Shown here piece after piece: positions 1 through 8,860 of a DNA stretch of 48,820 nt. The notes below the pieces were generated by a model. That model did no database searches and was not told the origin of the DNA. It saw nothing but the letters and a program-made list of their open reading frames with translations. Numbering within the stretch: position 1 is the first letter of the stretch; every line of letters begins with the position of its first letter. The stretch is from positions 1 through 48,820 of the IMG/VR virus record IMGVR_UViG_3300006736_000008; one strand, 5' to 3'. The position numbers were made by a program, and so were the translations under genes. This DNA comes from a virus. Taxonomy: Duplodnaviria; Caudoviricetes.

Positions 1-904
1 CTGAGAATCTTCGCCATAACTGGGGCAGACCGTGAATATGTAATATCATGGCTCTACCGCTGTCTGCTCTCAGGGCTGCTAAATCGGCCCTCACAGTCGT
101 CTGTACGGCACTTTTGCCTACACCTACCCCTTTGTCCTTGTTGTGTACGAAAATGAGCGTCCTGCATGGTACTTCGTCCATACCATGATATAATGGGTCA
201 TCCCTCTCAACCCTCCGTGTACCGCCGGAATCCTGAAATACTCTTGCTACCAGAATCACCTCTTTGGTTATAATCCTATGGACTGTGTAGGACTTCTTCT
301 CCTCAAAGAACGATGATTGTTTGGTTTCACTATCACGTAAGTGTATCCAATCTAAGTCTTTATCGTCATACCGCCAATTCAGGATATTGCGTGGGTCATA
401 AGTGCTGAGTATCACCCTCGCACCTACCTGCTGTGCCTCTAATTTACTCCTCACATTCATTTCAGGTCGCATGGTGGTATCGACAAAAACTACCATCTTG
501 CCACAGACCAAAGCCTTGCTGAATAAATCGAACATAATCTGTACGTGGGTCAGGTTTCGACGGTCGGCGTTTACCAGATATTCCTTCATGTCATCGGGTA
601 CTTCGTGTGTCGGGTCTGGCTCAAATACCGCACCTGCCGTCTTACCTACCAGTTTCGGTGTTTCAGGAATAGCCTCTGTTAATTCAAGGCGTTTCTCATA
701 ATCGCTGTTATCTTCAGCGTTACCCTTTGGCAGATATGTACTTGTGACCAATCGCTCTCTTTCAGCGGAATATACGTCAAGGCAATAGGTCGTTCTCTTA
801 CACTCACTGGCATAATCGTCATGCCTCTGGTCAAGAAATTTGAGCAAATCGGTTTCCTTGAGCGTCGTCCATTTGGCTACTATGTCGGGGGCAGTTTCAG
901 CCAT
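1..904 (-). CDS. Portal protein, N-terminal part (DUF4055-like); runs off window start
   Basis: Manual translation from ATG at 904 (MAETAPDIVAKW...YLPKGNAEDNSDYEKRLELT...GAVFEPDP...LHIHGLPQLW); lies directly after TerL; not in ORF track because it has no stop in the window. Confidence 0.8.
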   Translation of the reverse strand, partial: MAETAPDIVAKWTTLKETDLLKFLDQRHDDYASECKRTTYCLDVYSAERERLVTSTYLPKGNAEDNSDYEKRLELTEAIPETPKLVGKTAGAVFEPDPTHEVPDDMKEYLVNADRRNLTHVQIMFDLFSKALVCGKMVVFVDTTMRPEMNVRSKLEAQQVGARVILSTYDPRNILNWRYDDKDLDWIHLRDSETKQSSFFEEKKSYTVHRIITKEVILVARVFQDSGGTRRVERDDPLYHGMDEVPCRTLIFVHNKDKGVGVGKSAVQTTVRADLAALRADSGRAMILHIHGLPQLWRRFS

Positions 905-909
905 GATAC

Positions 910-2295
910 TTAACCCTTACTATATATGAAATTTTCAACTCTAGTCCTGTTTACCGGCCTCACTTCATGCACCCAGTAACTAGCAGCGTCGGAAATATGT
1001 ACCATCCCAAGACCTTCTTGGGTCTTGTCGAGCCGTCCACGTTCATCCCTCTGGACGTTCTTCAGGTCACGAATCAGCTTTTTACATCGTGGGTGTATCT
1101 TGATATGAATCTGGCCTTTATGAGTCTTGAAGGCAGAATTCATACTGATAAACCTGTCCTCTCTCAGCGGATTGGCGTTCGGTGTCATGTCGGCAAAGGG
1201 CATATCGTTATCTTGCATACATCTTGCGACCCAATCCCATCCAGTTTCGCCAAGGGCTTCATCACGCCGATGTGCGGTTGAATCACCGTACAGTTGTGTC
1301 ACTATGTTCTTTTCTTTGTAGCGGTTAGCGTATTCGACCACCAGCCAAGGAACATTCATGCCAAGCTCATGTATTTCATCCAAAAACCATAACTCGTCAA
1401 GTTCAGGATGATATTGACCGATTGTTCCGTGCATACCCGGCGCTGCATTGAAGTCCAGACTCAGGGCTACCGGCATCCTTGCATTAAGCCCTATCGTATC
1501 GTCGATGTTACCTGTAGGCCAAGGGTCATCTTCAAAAGCATAATAAACCAATACGCCAGCAATAGTTACGGCTTCACCATATACATACTGGCGCACAAGT
1601 TTCTTGTCGTATTGAGTCAATAAGCCTTCGGCGTAATGCCTCATATATCTGTTGTCGAACGTTGAACTTACGTAATACTTGTGGTTTGGTTTTGGCTTTT
1701 CGACCCAATCCGCATTGGGCCAAGTTATTTCACCTTCGTGGGTACTGGTAATGAATAGTTGTCTGTTCTTCAGACCCTTACCCCTCATACGTCCGATGGA
1801 CTGTGTTTTTACGTCCTGTGTCGGAGTCTTGCCTTTCGGGATACGACAGGCTTCATCAATCCAGACCCAAGCGACCTCAAACCCTGCTATGCTTTCAGGA
1901 TGCGCCGCCGAACGTAGGTGCAGTTTAATCATTACGTTTTCATATCTATTCACCGGCAACCAAAACCAGATATAAGGCGGTGAACTTTTCTTATGAGTTG
2001 CCTTGATACCGAATTGTTCAAATCGAGCCAATAGCTCTGGAATGACATAAGACTCCAAGTCACCGAAACTTGGAGCAATCACAAGACCGTTGTATCCTCT
2101 ATATCTTACAAGTGAATTATAGACCGCCTTTGAAGCACCGGCCCAAGTTTTGCCCCCACCAAATCCGCTGAAGAACGCCAGAAAATCCATCGGGTCTTTT
2201 ATGAAATCGAGCTGCGCCCCCGGCTCAGCCAGTATTTTTATTTGTTTAGTTCTGCCGCCGTCAGGACGCAGCATATATTTTGTGCTAACTCCCAT
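910..2295 (-). CDS. terL: Terminase large subunit
   Basis: Walker A GFGGGKT, Walker B WVWIDEA, RNase H-like nuclease motifs LDFN...YGDST...HISDAASY; likely start MGVST at 2295 overlapping the TerS end (ORF track extends to 2364). Confidence 0.93.
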   Translation of the reverse strand: MGVSTKYMLRPDGGRTKQIKILAEPGAQLDFIKDPMDFLAFFSGFGGGKTWAGASKAVYNSLVRYRGYNGLVIAPSFGDLESYVIPELLARFEQFGIKATHKKSSPPYIWFWLPVNRYENVMIKLHLRSAAHPESIAGFEVAWVWIDEACRIPKGKTPTQDVKTQSIGRMRGKGLKNRQLFITSTHEGEITWPNADWVEKPKPNHKYYVSSTFDNRYMRHYAEGLLTQYDKKLVRQYVYGEAVTIAGVLVYYAFEDDPWPTGNIDDTIGLNARMPVALSLDFNAAPGMHGTIGQYHPELDELWFLDEIHELGMNVPWLVVEYANRYKEKNIVTQLYGDSTAHRRDEALGETGWDWVARCMQDNDMPFADMTPNANPLREDRFISMNSAFKTHKGQIHIKIHPRCKKLIRDLKNVQRDERGRLDKTQEGLGMVHISDAASYWVHEVRPVNRTRVENFIYSKG

Positions 2296-2893
2296 CAGCT
2301 GACTCCTCAGACTCATCATCAAGAGCAATGCCAAACTTATCCACATTTTCGGTGTTCGGGCCAATTCCTATCTCCATTATGTCGAACGAATCTGTCTGGT
2401 CTGCAAATAACTCAGGATGCTCCAATCCTTCCAGTTTCATCAGCCGTTCGTGGCATTTACCTATTTCAGCATATATCCCTATCCTACCCTTGTAGCGTTT
2501 AGTTTCAACCTCACGGTTGATTTGTTCAGTTTCAAGGGGCGTGGTGTAATCATTCGCTGAATCCTTAATCCTGCCTTCCTTACGAGTTACCTTGGTTTTA
2601 CGTTCTGTCTGATTGACTTCGTTATGAAGTTTGCGAAGATGTCTGAACTCCCTTGCCCTTGCTGTTGCGAGTGCTTTCTTGAAGTCCGTTTCATAAGACT
2701 CGACTAACCTTCTTTCTGCTTCGGCGTATAGCTTAGTGAAAGATTCCAACTTGACTCTCCAACGTGCTAAATACTTGTTGCGTAAAGAACTTCTGGCATA
2801 TCCGTACATGATATCTTTCATCAATGCCGTTGTTAATCGTTCCCTACGTCGTTTTGTAGCTCCGTTGGGTCTGCCTTTTGATTTTCTTGCCAT
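2285..2893 (-). CDS. Probable terminase small subunit
   Basis: Basic helical protein immediately upstream of TerL, with RLMKLEGLE and an acidic tail; start is MARKSKG (2893) or 2968. Confidence 0.65.
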   Translation of the reverse strand: MARKSKGRPNGATKRRRERLTTALMKDIMYGYARSSLRNKYLARWRVKLESFTKLYAEAERRLVESYETDFKKALATARAREFRHLRKLHNEVNQTERKTKVTRKEGRIKDSANDYTTPLETEQINREVETKRYKGRIGIYAEIGKCHERLMKLEGLEHPELFADQTDSFDIMEIGIGPNTENVDKFGIALDDESEESADGS

Positions 2894-2983
2894 ACACAAG
2901 CACCGAGAATTGATGTCTGGCCCTCGCCATACCAGCAACCGAAAGAATCGGTCAACGTGCCTGTGCATCCTTCAGGCGCATAT

Positions 2984-3012
2984 ATATTACCACAAATTAG
3001 AATAATACGCAA
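2984..3012 (-). promoter_or_regulatory. Putative promoter of terminase/late operon
   Basis: TTGCGT-17bp-TAATAT with TG extended -10. Confidence 0.5.
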
Positions 3013-3056
3013 CTACTTAATTTTTTTTGAGAATTGGTAACATTCAGGCTGTTGAT

Positions 3057-3103
3057 AAAAAAAACCGACACTGGCTAAGGAGTAACTTAGTTACCAGTGT
3101 CGG
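3057..3103 (-). terminator. Rho-independent terminator with anti-RBS apical region
   Basis: Stem CCGACACTGG/CCAGTGTCGG followed by T8; apical region contains GTTACTCCTTA. Confidence 0.85.
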
Positions 3104-3133
3104 CACGGTGCTTTCGCACCAACCCAAATTTCG

Positions 3134-3748
3134 TTATTCGCTCTCTACCTTTGGCATCACCTTGAAGGTTCGTCTGGCCCTGATTTCGTAGGCTTCCTCT
3201 CCATCGACATCACCCATATTCTCTAGATGACCGCCGACATCAAAGAAGTGCTGAAAGCCTCGACCCATCTTTTTACCTCTCCGTGTGTGTCGGTCGATGG
3301 CGTAATCGGGTATTTCCATATGAGGCTTATCTTTATCATGGAAGAAATATATTGCTGCGTTATCGACTACTCTACTTTTCTGTACTCGGCTCATAAGCAC
3401 GACTGCATGGACAAAGAATAAATCGTTTTCGTCACCGTCACGGTCTTTATATCTCTTGGCAAAATCCTGCCATAATTGATACAGGCCGTTGATGTCAGCG
3501 ACGAATCCTCTGTCGGCTGCAATCCCTACATCTTCAGAAAGCATTATCAGTAATCGCTTCCATGCGTACTGACCATAGTTGGAAGAATAAAGTTCGCATC
3601 CCCAGTACAATGCTTCCTTTTCAATTCCTCTCCTGATTGATTTCTGGAATGCACTGGCTACTTCAAAAAAGTCATAGCCCTGCTTGGTTTTCATTTCATG
3701 CTTTTGTTTTTTTTCCACTACATCTTCTCCAAATAAATCTGTTCCCAT
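3134..3748 (-). CDS. MgsA/RarA C-terminal-like domain protein (no AAA+ module)
   Basis: SAFQKSIRRG, SEDVGIAAD and IPDYAIDRHT motifs; AAGGAGTAAC RBS. Confidence 0.7.
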   Translation of the reverse strand: MGTDLFGEDVVEKKQKHEMKTKQGYDFFEVASAFQKSIRRGIEKEALYWGCELYSSNYGQYAWKRLLIMLSEDVGIAADRGFVADINGLYQLWQDFAKRYKDRDGDENDLFFVHAVVLMSRVQKSRVVDNAAIYFFHDKDKPHMEIPDYAIDRHTRRGKKMGRGFQHFFDVGGHLENMGDVDGEEAYEIRARRTFKVMPKVESE

Positions 3749-3780
3749 GTTACGTTACTCCTTATAGGTTTGTCTGGTAA

Positions 3781-3808
3781 AGTGTAACCCATTACCTGCG
3801 GTTGTCAA
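3781..3808 (-). promoter_or_regulatory. Sigma70-type promoter
   Basis: TTGACA-16bp-TACACT upstream of the 3748 start. Confidence 0.7.
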
Positions 3809-3810
3809 AT

Positions 3811-4014
3811 CTAATTTCTGCGTAGGGCTTCAAGCTCACCATCGTCAAAATACAGAAGTTTGCCGTCATCGAAAATAACCTCATACGGCATAGGCCATTT
3901 TTCATGGTGTATTCTGGTTATCGTGCCGACAAGATTCCTGTACCCAAGCAATGAGGCTTTCAGAATCTCAGTTACTTTGCTTTGCTTTATTCTTACCTTA
4001 TCACCAATTTTCAT
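3811..4014 (-). CDS. Small SH3-fold-like hypothetical protein
   Basis: MKIGDKVRIK...VGTITRI...YEVIFD; ATGA overlap with upstream gene. Confidence 0.55.
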   Translation of the reverse strand: MKIGDKVRIKQSKVTEILKASLLGYRNLVGTITRIHHEKWPMPYEVIFDDGKLLYFDDGELEALRRN

Positions 4015-4211
4015 AATACCGTCACCCACTTCGCTGTTACTGAAAGAAGGTTGTTATAGTCACCATGCGTCGCTTCTTCCATATACTGATTAGTTACTTC
4101 CCTTGAAACGCCATTGGTTCTCATTGCTCTTTGAACCCTGCCGAGAATCGCAAATGCGTTTCCGTCCTCACCAACCAACTTGACTTTAATGTTCGGAAAT
4201 TTAGGCTCCAT
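4011..4211 (-). CDS. Conserved phage hypothetical protein
   Basis: LVGEDGNAFAILGRV...GDYNNLL motif; AAGGAGTAAC RBS at 4215-4224 points to start 4211. Confidence 0.7.
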   Translation of the reverse strand: MEPKFPNIKVKLVGEDGNAFAILGRVQRAMRTNGVSREVTNQYMEEATHGDYNNLLSVTAKWVTVL

Positions 4212-4233
4212 AATGTTACTCCTTATGTTCGGG

Positions 4234-4890
4234 TCATTCAGTTCCATGCCGACGTTCTTTTGCCGCCCTTATCCTGTTTAATACCTTCTCACGTGTTTCA
4301 GTTTCTACGCCTTTCCGTTTGAATTTGGAGGGATAGCGTTTACGGTTCACTTTGTCAAATTCAGGTGCTACCAGTGCTATAATGTCATCGAAGCGTTTCT
4401 GCATTTTCTTATCACGTGACATCATAAACTTGCACGTTTCGATTCTGCGTTCGGCCCTTTGTTCATGTGGTCTGTCCTTCCATCGGGTCTTTACATACTT
4501 ACCTTTTTTGTCATAGTGACCATGCTTAAATTCACGGCGAAGCTGAAAGTCTTTTACGTGGGTGTATTCGTGGACTGCCACCCAAAAATTGTATGTGGCT
4601 ATTTTAATCTGGTCAACTGAATCAAGGTAACATGGCCTCCATTCAACCCTGCCTTTGTCAGTCCTAATCCATCCTTCCAACTTCTTGCCGTTTTTGGTTC
4701 GGGCTTCTGGATAAAGATACCATTTTGCTACAAAGGTACATTCGTTTGCTTCGCTCCCTACTCGCTCTCCACCCATAGTCACCTTAGTCACGACATCGCC
4801 CCAACAACCGGCGAATTCCTTCGCCAGTTGCAGGAACCTTTTGATGATTTTATCATCCATGCCTGAATAGTTAAAAAGTTTGATAGCCAT
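4234..4890 (-). CDS. Hypothetical protein with HExxH zincin-like motif
   Basis: VAVHEYTHVKDFQ with downstream PHEQRAE. Confidence 0.55.
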   Translation of the reverse strand: MAIKLFNYSGMDDKIIKRFLQLAKEFAGCWGDVVTKVTMGGERVGSEANECTFVAKWYLYPEARTKNGKKLEGWIRTDKGRVEWRPCYLDSVDQIKIATYNFWVAVHEYTHVKDFQLRREFKHGHYDKKGKYVKTRWKDRPHEQRAERRIETCKFMMSRDKKMQKRFDDIIALVAPEFDKVNRKRYPSKFKRKGVETETREKVLNRIRAAKERRHGTE

Positions 4891-5285
4891 TATATCCCCT
4901 CCATCATATCTTTTATTTCTGCGATTCTGGCATTATTCTGGTAAATGTTATCCTGTAAATCTGAATTATGATTTACCAACTCCATTTTTTCCTTGACCAG
5001 TTCACGGATGTCGTACTTCTGGCAGTCTTTTACTTTTGTTTCTAAAAAGTCAATTCTTTCCTTCATGGTTGTGACCACATCTTCCCATTTGGCGTTAGTG
5101 GCGTGAAGTGCATCTTCTTTGATAAATAAACCAATCGCCCAAGGAAAATCATTTTTGATGTTCTGCTCCACCTTCGGGAAAGTGAAAAGTAAATCATCAA
5201 AATAGGTTCCGTGACCCTTGGCTGTGATTTTTTGGATTTTATCCAAGAATTCTGAGTAGGCTTTGATTTCTTCTGACTTGCTCAT
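4890..5285 (-). CDS. Hypothetical coiled-coil protein
   Basis: ORF with AAGGAGTAAC RBS, first gene after promoter. Confidence 0.7.
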   Translation of the reverse strand: MSKSEEIKAYSEFLDKIQKITAKGHGTYFDDLLFTFPKVEQNIKNDFPWAIGLFIKEDALHATNAKWEDVVTTMKERIDFLETKVKDCQKYDIRELVKEKMELVNHNSDLQDNIYQNNARIAEIKDMMEGI

Positions 5286-5287
5286 TT

Positions 5288-5358
5288 GTTACTCCTTAAT
5301 TTTGGGTTTTGGGTTTTTCATTCTAATATATTATAACCTACTACGGAGCATACGTCAA
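5288..5358 (-). promoter_or_regulatory. Early promoter-leader module
   Basis: TTGACG-17-TATAAT-ATATTAGAATG...AACCCAAA...AAGGAGTAAC. Confidence 0.8.
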
Positions 5359-5652
5359 ATTATTTCTTTGTTTTTTTTTAATTTTATTTGCTTCCTCGAT
5401 AGCTTCATCCCAAGCTAACTTTTCCAACGTCCTGTCACAGACATCTGTTTTCAGTTGGGTGTTTTTCCAAAGCCATTTGGGTATAGTGTTCAGGCTTCCG
5501 CAATCGGTACATTTGAACTCAGTGGCAGGATGTCGTGCTACCACATGGATTCTGGTATCATTGTCGATTGCCAATATCTGCCCATACTCAAAACAATTTC
5601 CCATCACCGTCAATACTTGAATGTTCCTCATGTTTTTTCGTTTCGGTTTCAT
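5341..5652 (-). CDS. Hypothetical protein (CxxC)
   Basis: ORF with AGGAGAACTGTT RBS. Confidence 0.6.
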   Translation of the reverse strand: MKPKRKNMRNIQVLTVMGNCFEYGQILAIDNDTRIHVVARHPATEFKCTDCGSLNTIPKWLWKNTQLKTDVCDRTLEKLAWDEAIEEANKIKKKQRNNLTYAP

Positions 5653-5663
5653 AACAGTTCTCC

Positions 5664-6185
5664 TTATTCTCCGAAAATTTGGGTGAAGATTTCATGCAAC
5701 TGTTTAACATCGACCTTCATAGGCCGAGTAGTCATTTCACGTTTAAGCCCACAATGTTCGCATCCTAGTATCAGAAGGTTAATTTTACCCTTTTCGTCCT
5801 CAGCGATGGTTCTACTTTGCTCTTTGAACTTGTGTAGGCCATTATGCTTATCTTTGCCTTCGCATCGTGGTGGTTTTTTGAAGGCTCGATGCTCTCCCCA
5901 GTACCAATCATGGATGGTTTTCAGATTACCATAATGCTGCTTACGGTTAATCTGTCCATAGCCCCTGATACCGTAAATCTCTCCTGTAAGATATTCCACC
6001 ATGTACTTTCCACTGTTGCCGACATCGACCTTCCAGTATTTATTACCTCTCTTGATTCTGGTCTTGACACCAATGATGTTGGCTTCGCAATCGAGCTTGC
6101 GTTTGCGTAGGCTTTCAATCTGCTGTCGCTCAACCAGTTTGGAGAAACCTAAGATACGATTTTCAAAATCAACCATATTATCCAC
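5664..6185 (-). CDS. Conserved phage hypothetical protein
   Basis: KYWKVDVGNSGKYMVE..TGEIY motif; C-terminal CEHC; AAGGAGTAAC RBS. Confidence 0.65.
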   Translation of the reverse strand: MDNMVDFENRILGFSKLVERQQIESLRKRKLDCEANIIGVKTRIKRGNKYWKVDVGNSGKYMVEYLTGEIYGIRGYGQINRKQHYGNLKTIHDWYWGEHRAFKKPPRCEGKDKHNGLHKFKEQSRTIAEDEKGKINLLILGCEHCGLKREMTTRPMKVDVKQLHEIFTQIFGE

Positions 6186-6432
6186 AACTGTTACTCCTTC
6201 TATTCAGGGTCACATTCAGGCAGATGTTCAGGTTTTCAGCCCTGCGATTACCGACCAAAGAAAACCACTGTCCGTCGATGTCGGCATAGGCTTCAAAACA
6301 CACACGCTTGATACCGATTTGTCGCACCAGAGTCCATGCTTCCTTCCAGATATTTCGGAGGCTTGCCGACTCCAGATAGCAAATCGGCTCTCCTGTTTCG
6401 TTTTTCTCTACTAGTAATAGGTGAATCATCAC
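6178..6432 (-). CDS. Hypothetical protein
   Basis: ORF with AAGGAGTAAC RBS; exact start uncertain. Confidence 0.6.
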   Translation of the reverse strand: MMIHLLLVEKNETGEPICYLESASLRNIWKEAWTLVRQIGIKRVCFEAYADIDGQWFSLVGNRRAENLNICLNVTLNRRSNSCG

Positions 6433-6440
6433 GTTACTCC

Positions 6441-6695
6441 TTATTCGTCGTACAAAAAATTGTAAGCAAACAACACTTGATTATCAGCCAGCAGGTGTAT
6501 CCTTTTCTTCTGTATCAGGTCGGTCAATATCGGGCCTAATTTTTGGCTTACCTCTTTGACTGTCAATACTACAAAGGGGCCGGTTGAAAGACGTAGCATT
6601 CGACATACTCTCTCACGTATTTCATCCATCGAAGAATCACGATTTTTTACGGTTTTCAATACTTGCGGTATAATCATTTTGCTAAATTTATCCAT
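6441..6695 (-). CDS. Hypothetical protein (possible winged helix)
   Basis: ORF with AAGGAGTAAC RBS. Confidence 0.6.
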   Translation of the reverse strand: MDKFSKMIIPQVLKTVKNRDSSMDEIRERVCRMLRLSTGPFVVLTVKEVSQKLGPILTDLIQKKRIHLLADNQVLFAYNFLYDE

Positions 6696-6708
6696 TTTTC
6701 GTTACTCC

Positions 6709-7101
6709 TTAATATAATGGGAACACCAATTCATCTTCTTTGTCCAAGAAAAGATACTTGCTAACTTTCTTGGCTACCGATTCACACGCTCTTTGAATTG
6801 CGTTTAATTTCTGAACTGTGATTTCCCCACCGTCGTATGCACTCATAGCACAAGCATAATAAGTAGAGCCTTCGACTGCTTCCTTGAGAAGTTCTATTGT
6901 TAATCGCTCTGACATATCCATTGCTTTTTTCAATTCGTCCTTTACCAATAATTCGGCTATGTCATGTATGTCATCCTCTTGCCAGCGAAGGTCTTTTCCG
7001 TCGTCGTTGAGTACGGTACAAAGACAATCAGGAACGGTAAGGCGATGTTCCAGCACCTCCATTTCAAGTTTTGTCAGTTTCAAAATTTCTGTAAGTGTCA
7101 T
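6709..7101 (-). CDS. Hypothetical protein
   Basis: ORF with AAGGAGTAAC RBS directly after promoter. Confidence 0.7.
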   Translation of the reverse strand: MTLTEILKLTKLEMEVLEHRLTVPDCLCTVLNDDGKDLRWQEDDIHDIAELLVKDELKKAMDMSERLTIELLKEAVEGSTYYACAMSAYDGGEITVQKLNAIQRACESVAKKVSKYLFLDKEDELVFPLY

Positions 7102-7104
7102 TTC

Positions 7105-7174
7105 GTTACTCCTTAATTTATTTGGGTTCGTTTCTCATTCTAATATATTATAATACATACATCGGCAAAAGCAA
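7105..7174 (-). promoter_or_regulatory. Early promoter-leader module
   Basis: TTGCTT-16-TATAAT-ATATTAGAATG...AACCCAAAT...AAGGAGTAAC; A/T-rich upstream region. Confidence 0.8.
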
Positions 7175-7203
7175 ATAGAAAATGAATAAAAAAAAGAAAA
7201 TTT

Positions 7204-8193
7204 TTAATTTTGAGGTGCTGGTCTGTTTCCGGCTAGTTCAGGCTTGATTTTCTTTTCTGTCTCAACAATCACATCGGACAGGATATAATTCAGCGTTCGC
7301 TGTGCTTCCCATCCGATTGCATTGTGAATCTTCTGGATATCAGGTACACGTATGAACATATCATCGAATGTCGGCTTGCAGTATTTTATTTCAGACAGAC
7401 TGTTTGTTCGTTCTTTTATCTCTTTGGCAAGGCCAAGGATACTGGTTTCCTCTCGGCTACCTACGTTGAAAACAGGATAGTCATACTGGCCTTCAGAATA
7501 CATCAGGGAATGGAGTGCTTCAACTACATCGTAAACGTGGCAGAAACATCTGATTTGTTCTCCAGTACCATAGATTACTATATCTTCCCCTTTCAGTGCT
7601 GCTTCCACGAATGACGGTATCACCATTCCATAATCAGATACTTGTCTTGGGCCTACAGTATTAAATAGTCTGGCGACTATTATGTCCAAGCCCTTGCTCT
7701 TGTGATAATCCATAGCCAGAAATTCATCAATAGCCTTACTGCAAGCGTAAGACCATCGGGCATTGTCGGTGTTCCCCAGTACGATACCGGCTTCTTCCCG
7801 AAACGGTACGTCATTACTCTTACCGTAAACCTCACTGGTCGATGCTAGTAGTATCTTCTTTTTGAATACCGAACATAGTTCAAGTACAACCTCAGTACCT
7901 TTGATGTTGTTCTCAATCGCTCTGGCAGGGTCACTCATCACCTTCATCACCCCCACTGTCGCTGCCAAGTGGAAAACAGCGTCACAGTTATATACCAGAT
8001 TGACCATCACGCTTCTATCGGCTACATCGGCCTTGAAGCAATCAAATTTCGGGTAGTCTGTTAAATGTTTTATGTTCTCCATGTTGCCGGTGCTGAAGTC
8101 ATCGACAACAATGCACTCATGGCCTTTAGCACATAGTAAATCACATAGCCAAGAACCGATAAAACCTGCTCCACCTGTTACCAGATACTTCAT
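7204..8193 (-). CDS. NAD-dependent nucleotide-sugar epimerase/dehydratase (extended SDR)
   Basis: TGGAGFIG, STSEVYG, YACSK, RLFNTVGPRQ. Confidence 0.93.
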   Translation of the reverse strand: MKYLVTGGAGFIGSWLCDLLCAKGHECIVVDDFSTGNMENIKHLTDYPKFDCFKADVADRSVMVNLVYNCDAVFHLAATVGVMKVMSDPARAIENNIKGTEVVLELCSVFKKKILLASTSEVYGKSNDVPFREEAGIVLGNTDNARWSYACSKAIDEFLAMDYHKSKGLDIIVARLFNTVGPRQVSDYGMVIPSFVEAALKGEDIVIYGTGEQIRCFCHVYDVVEALHSLMYSEGQYDYPVFNVGSREETSILGLAKEIKERTNSLSEIKYCKPTFDDMFIRVPDIQKIHNAIGWEAQRTLNYILSDVIVETEKKIKPELAGNRPAPQN

Positions 8194-8197
8194 GTTA

Positions 8198-8860
8198 TTA
8201 CCTCAGATTAAAAATATGGGTTTTACAGTTTGGTTTCGGGTACGTGGGTGGTTCTTGTATCAGCCAAGTCCACGCATTGTACTCCTCGTATATATGTTTG
8301 TTCCTGATATAAAAGTCTGCATCCAGTGTTTCGGGTACTATTAAGTCTGAGTTACCATAAATTGTTTTATTATAGAAAGCAGGCATATTGTCAAGTTCAA
8401 TATGTCTGCCAGTGCCTTTATCACGAACGTCGGTGAAGGATACTTTGCTCACATGCTCATGCGTAGTCACCAGATAATGAACAAGTTGGTGGTCGCCGTG
8501 ACCGTACTCACCGAACGGATTATGAGTGAATACCATGTCGGGTTTGATTTCACATATCGCCTTCAGGATAGCAGCACGTATCATTTTGACTGCTTGCTTA
8601 AAGGCATAAGTCTTGTTGTTGTAGCGGTTCGTCGGAGTCAATCGGTAGAAGAAATCGGGCAGGGGCAAAGCATCCAAAAGCGTTATGTTCTCTTTACGGC
8701 ATACCTCAGTAAGTGCTTTCATCCTTCGGAGCCTGTCCATCTTCACCCCCGATGAACACATCAATAGGTATCGGTCAAATTCAGCGTGCTGTAATACAGG
8801 CCAACCATATATGATTTCATCGTCTGGATGCGACATTACTGCTAAGATTTTATTGCTCAT
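8198..8860 (-). CDS. PIG-L/LmbE family N-acetylhexosamine deacetylase
   Basis: SHPDDE, THNPFGEYGHGDH; start MSNK overlaps upstream stop (TAATG). Confidence 0.88.
   Translation of the reverse strand: MSNKILAVMSHPDDEIIYGWPVLQHAEFDRYLLMCSSGVKMDRLRRMKALTEVCRKENITLLDALPLPDFFYRLTPTNRYNNKTYAFKQAVKMIRAAILKAICEIKPDMVFTHNPFGEYGHGDHQLVHYLVTTHEHVSKVSFTDVRDKGTGRHIELDNMPAFYNKTIYGNSDLIVPETLDADFYIRNKHIYEEYNAWTWLIQEPPTYPKPNCKTHIFNLR

Noticed and set aside
3107-3120. tRNA fragment
   Set aside because: Simple GAAA-tetraloop hairpin with no cloverleaf or T-arm consensus.
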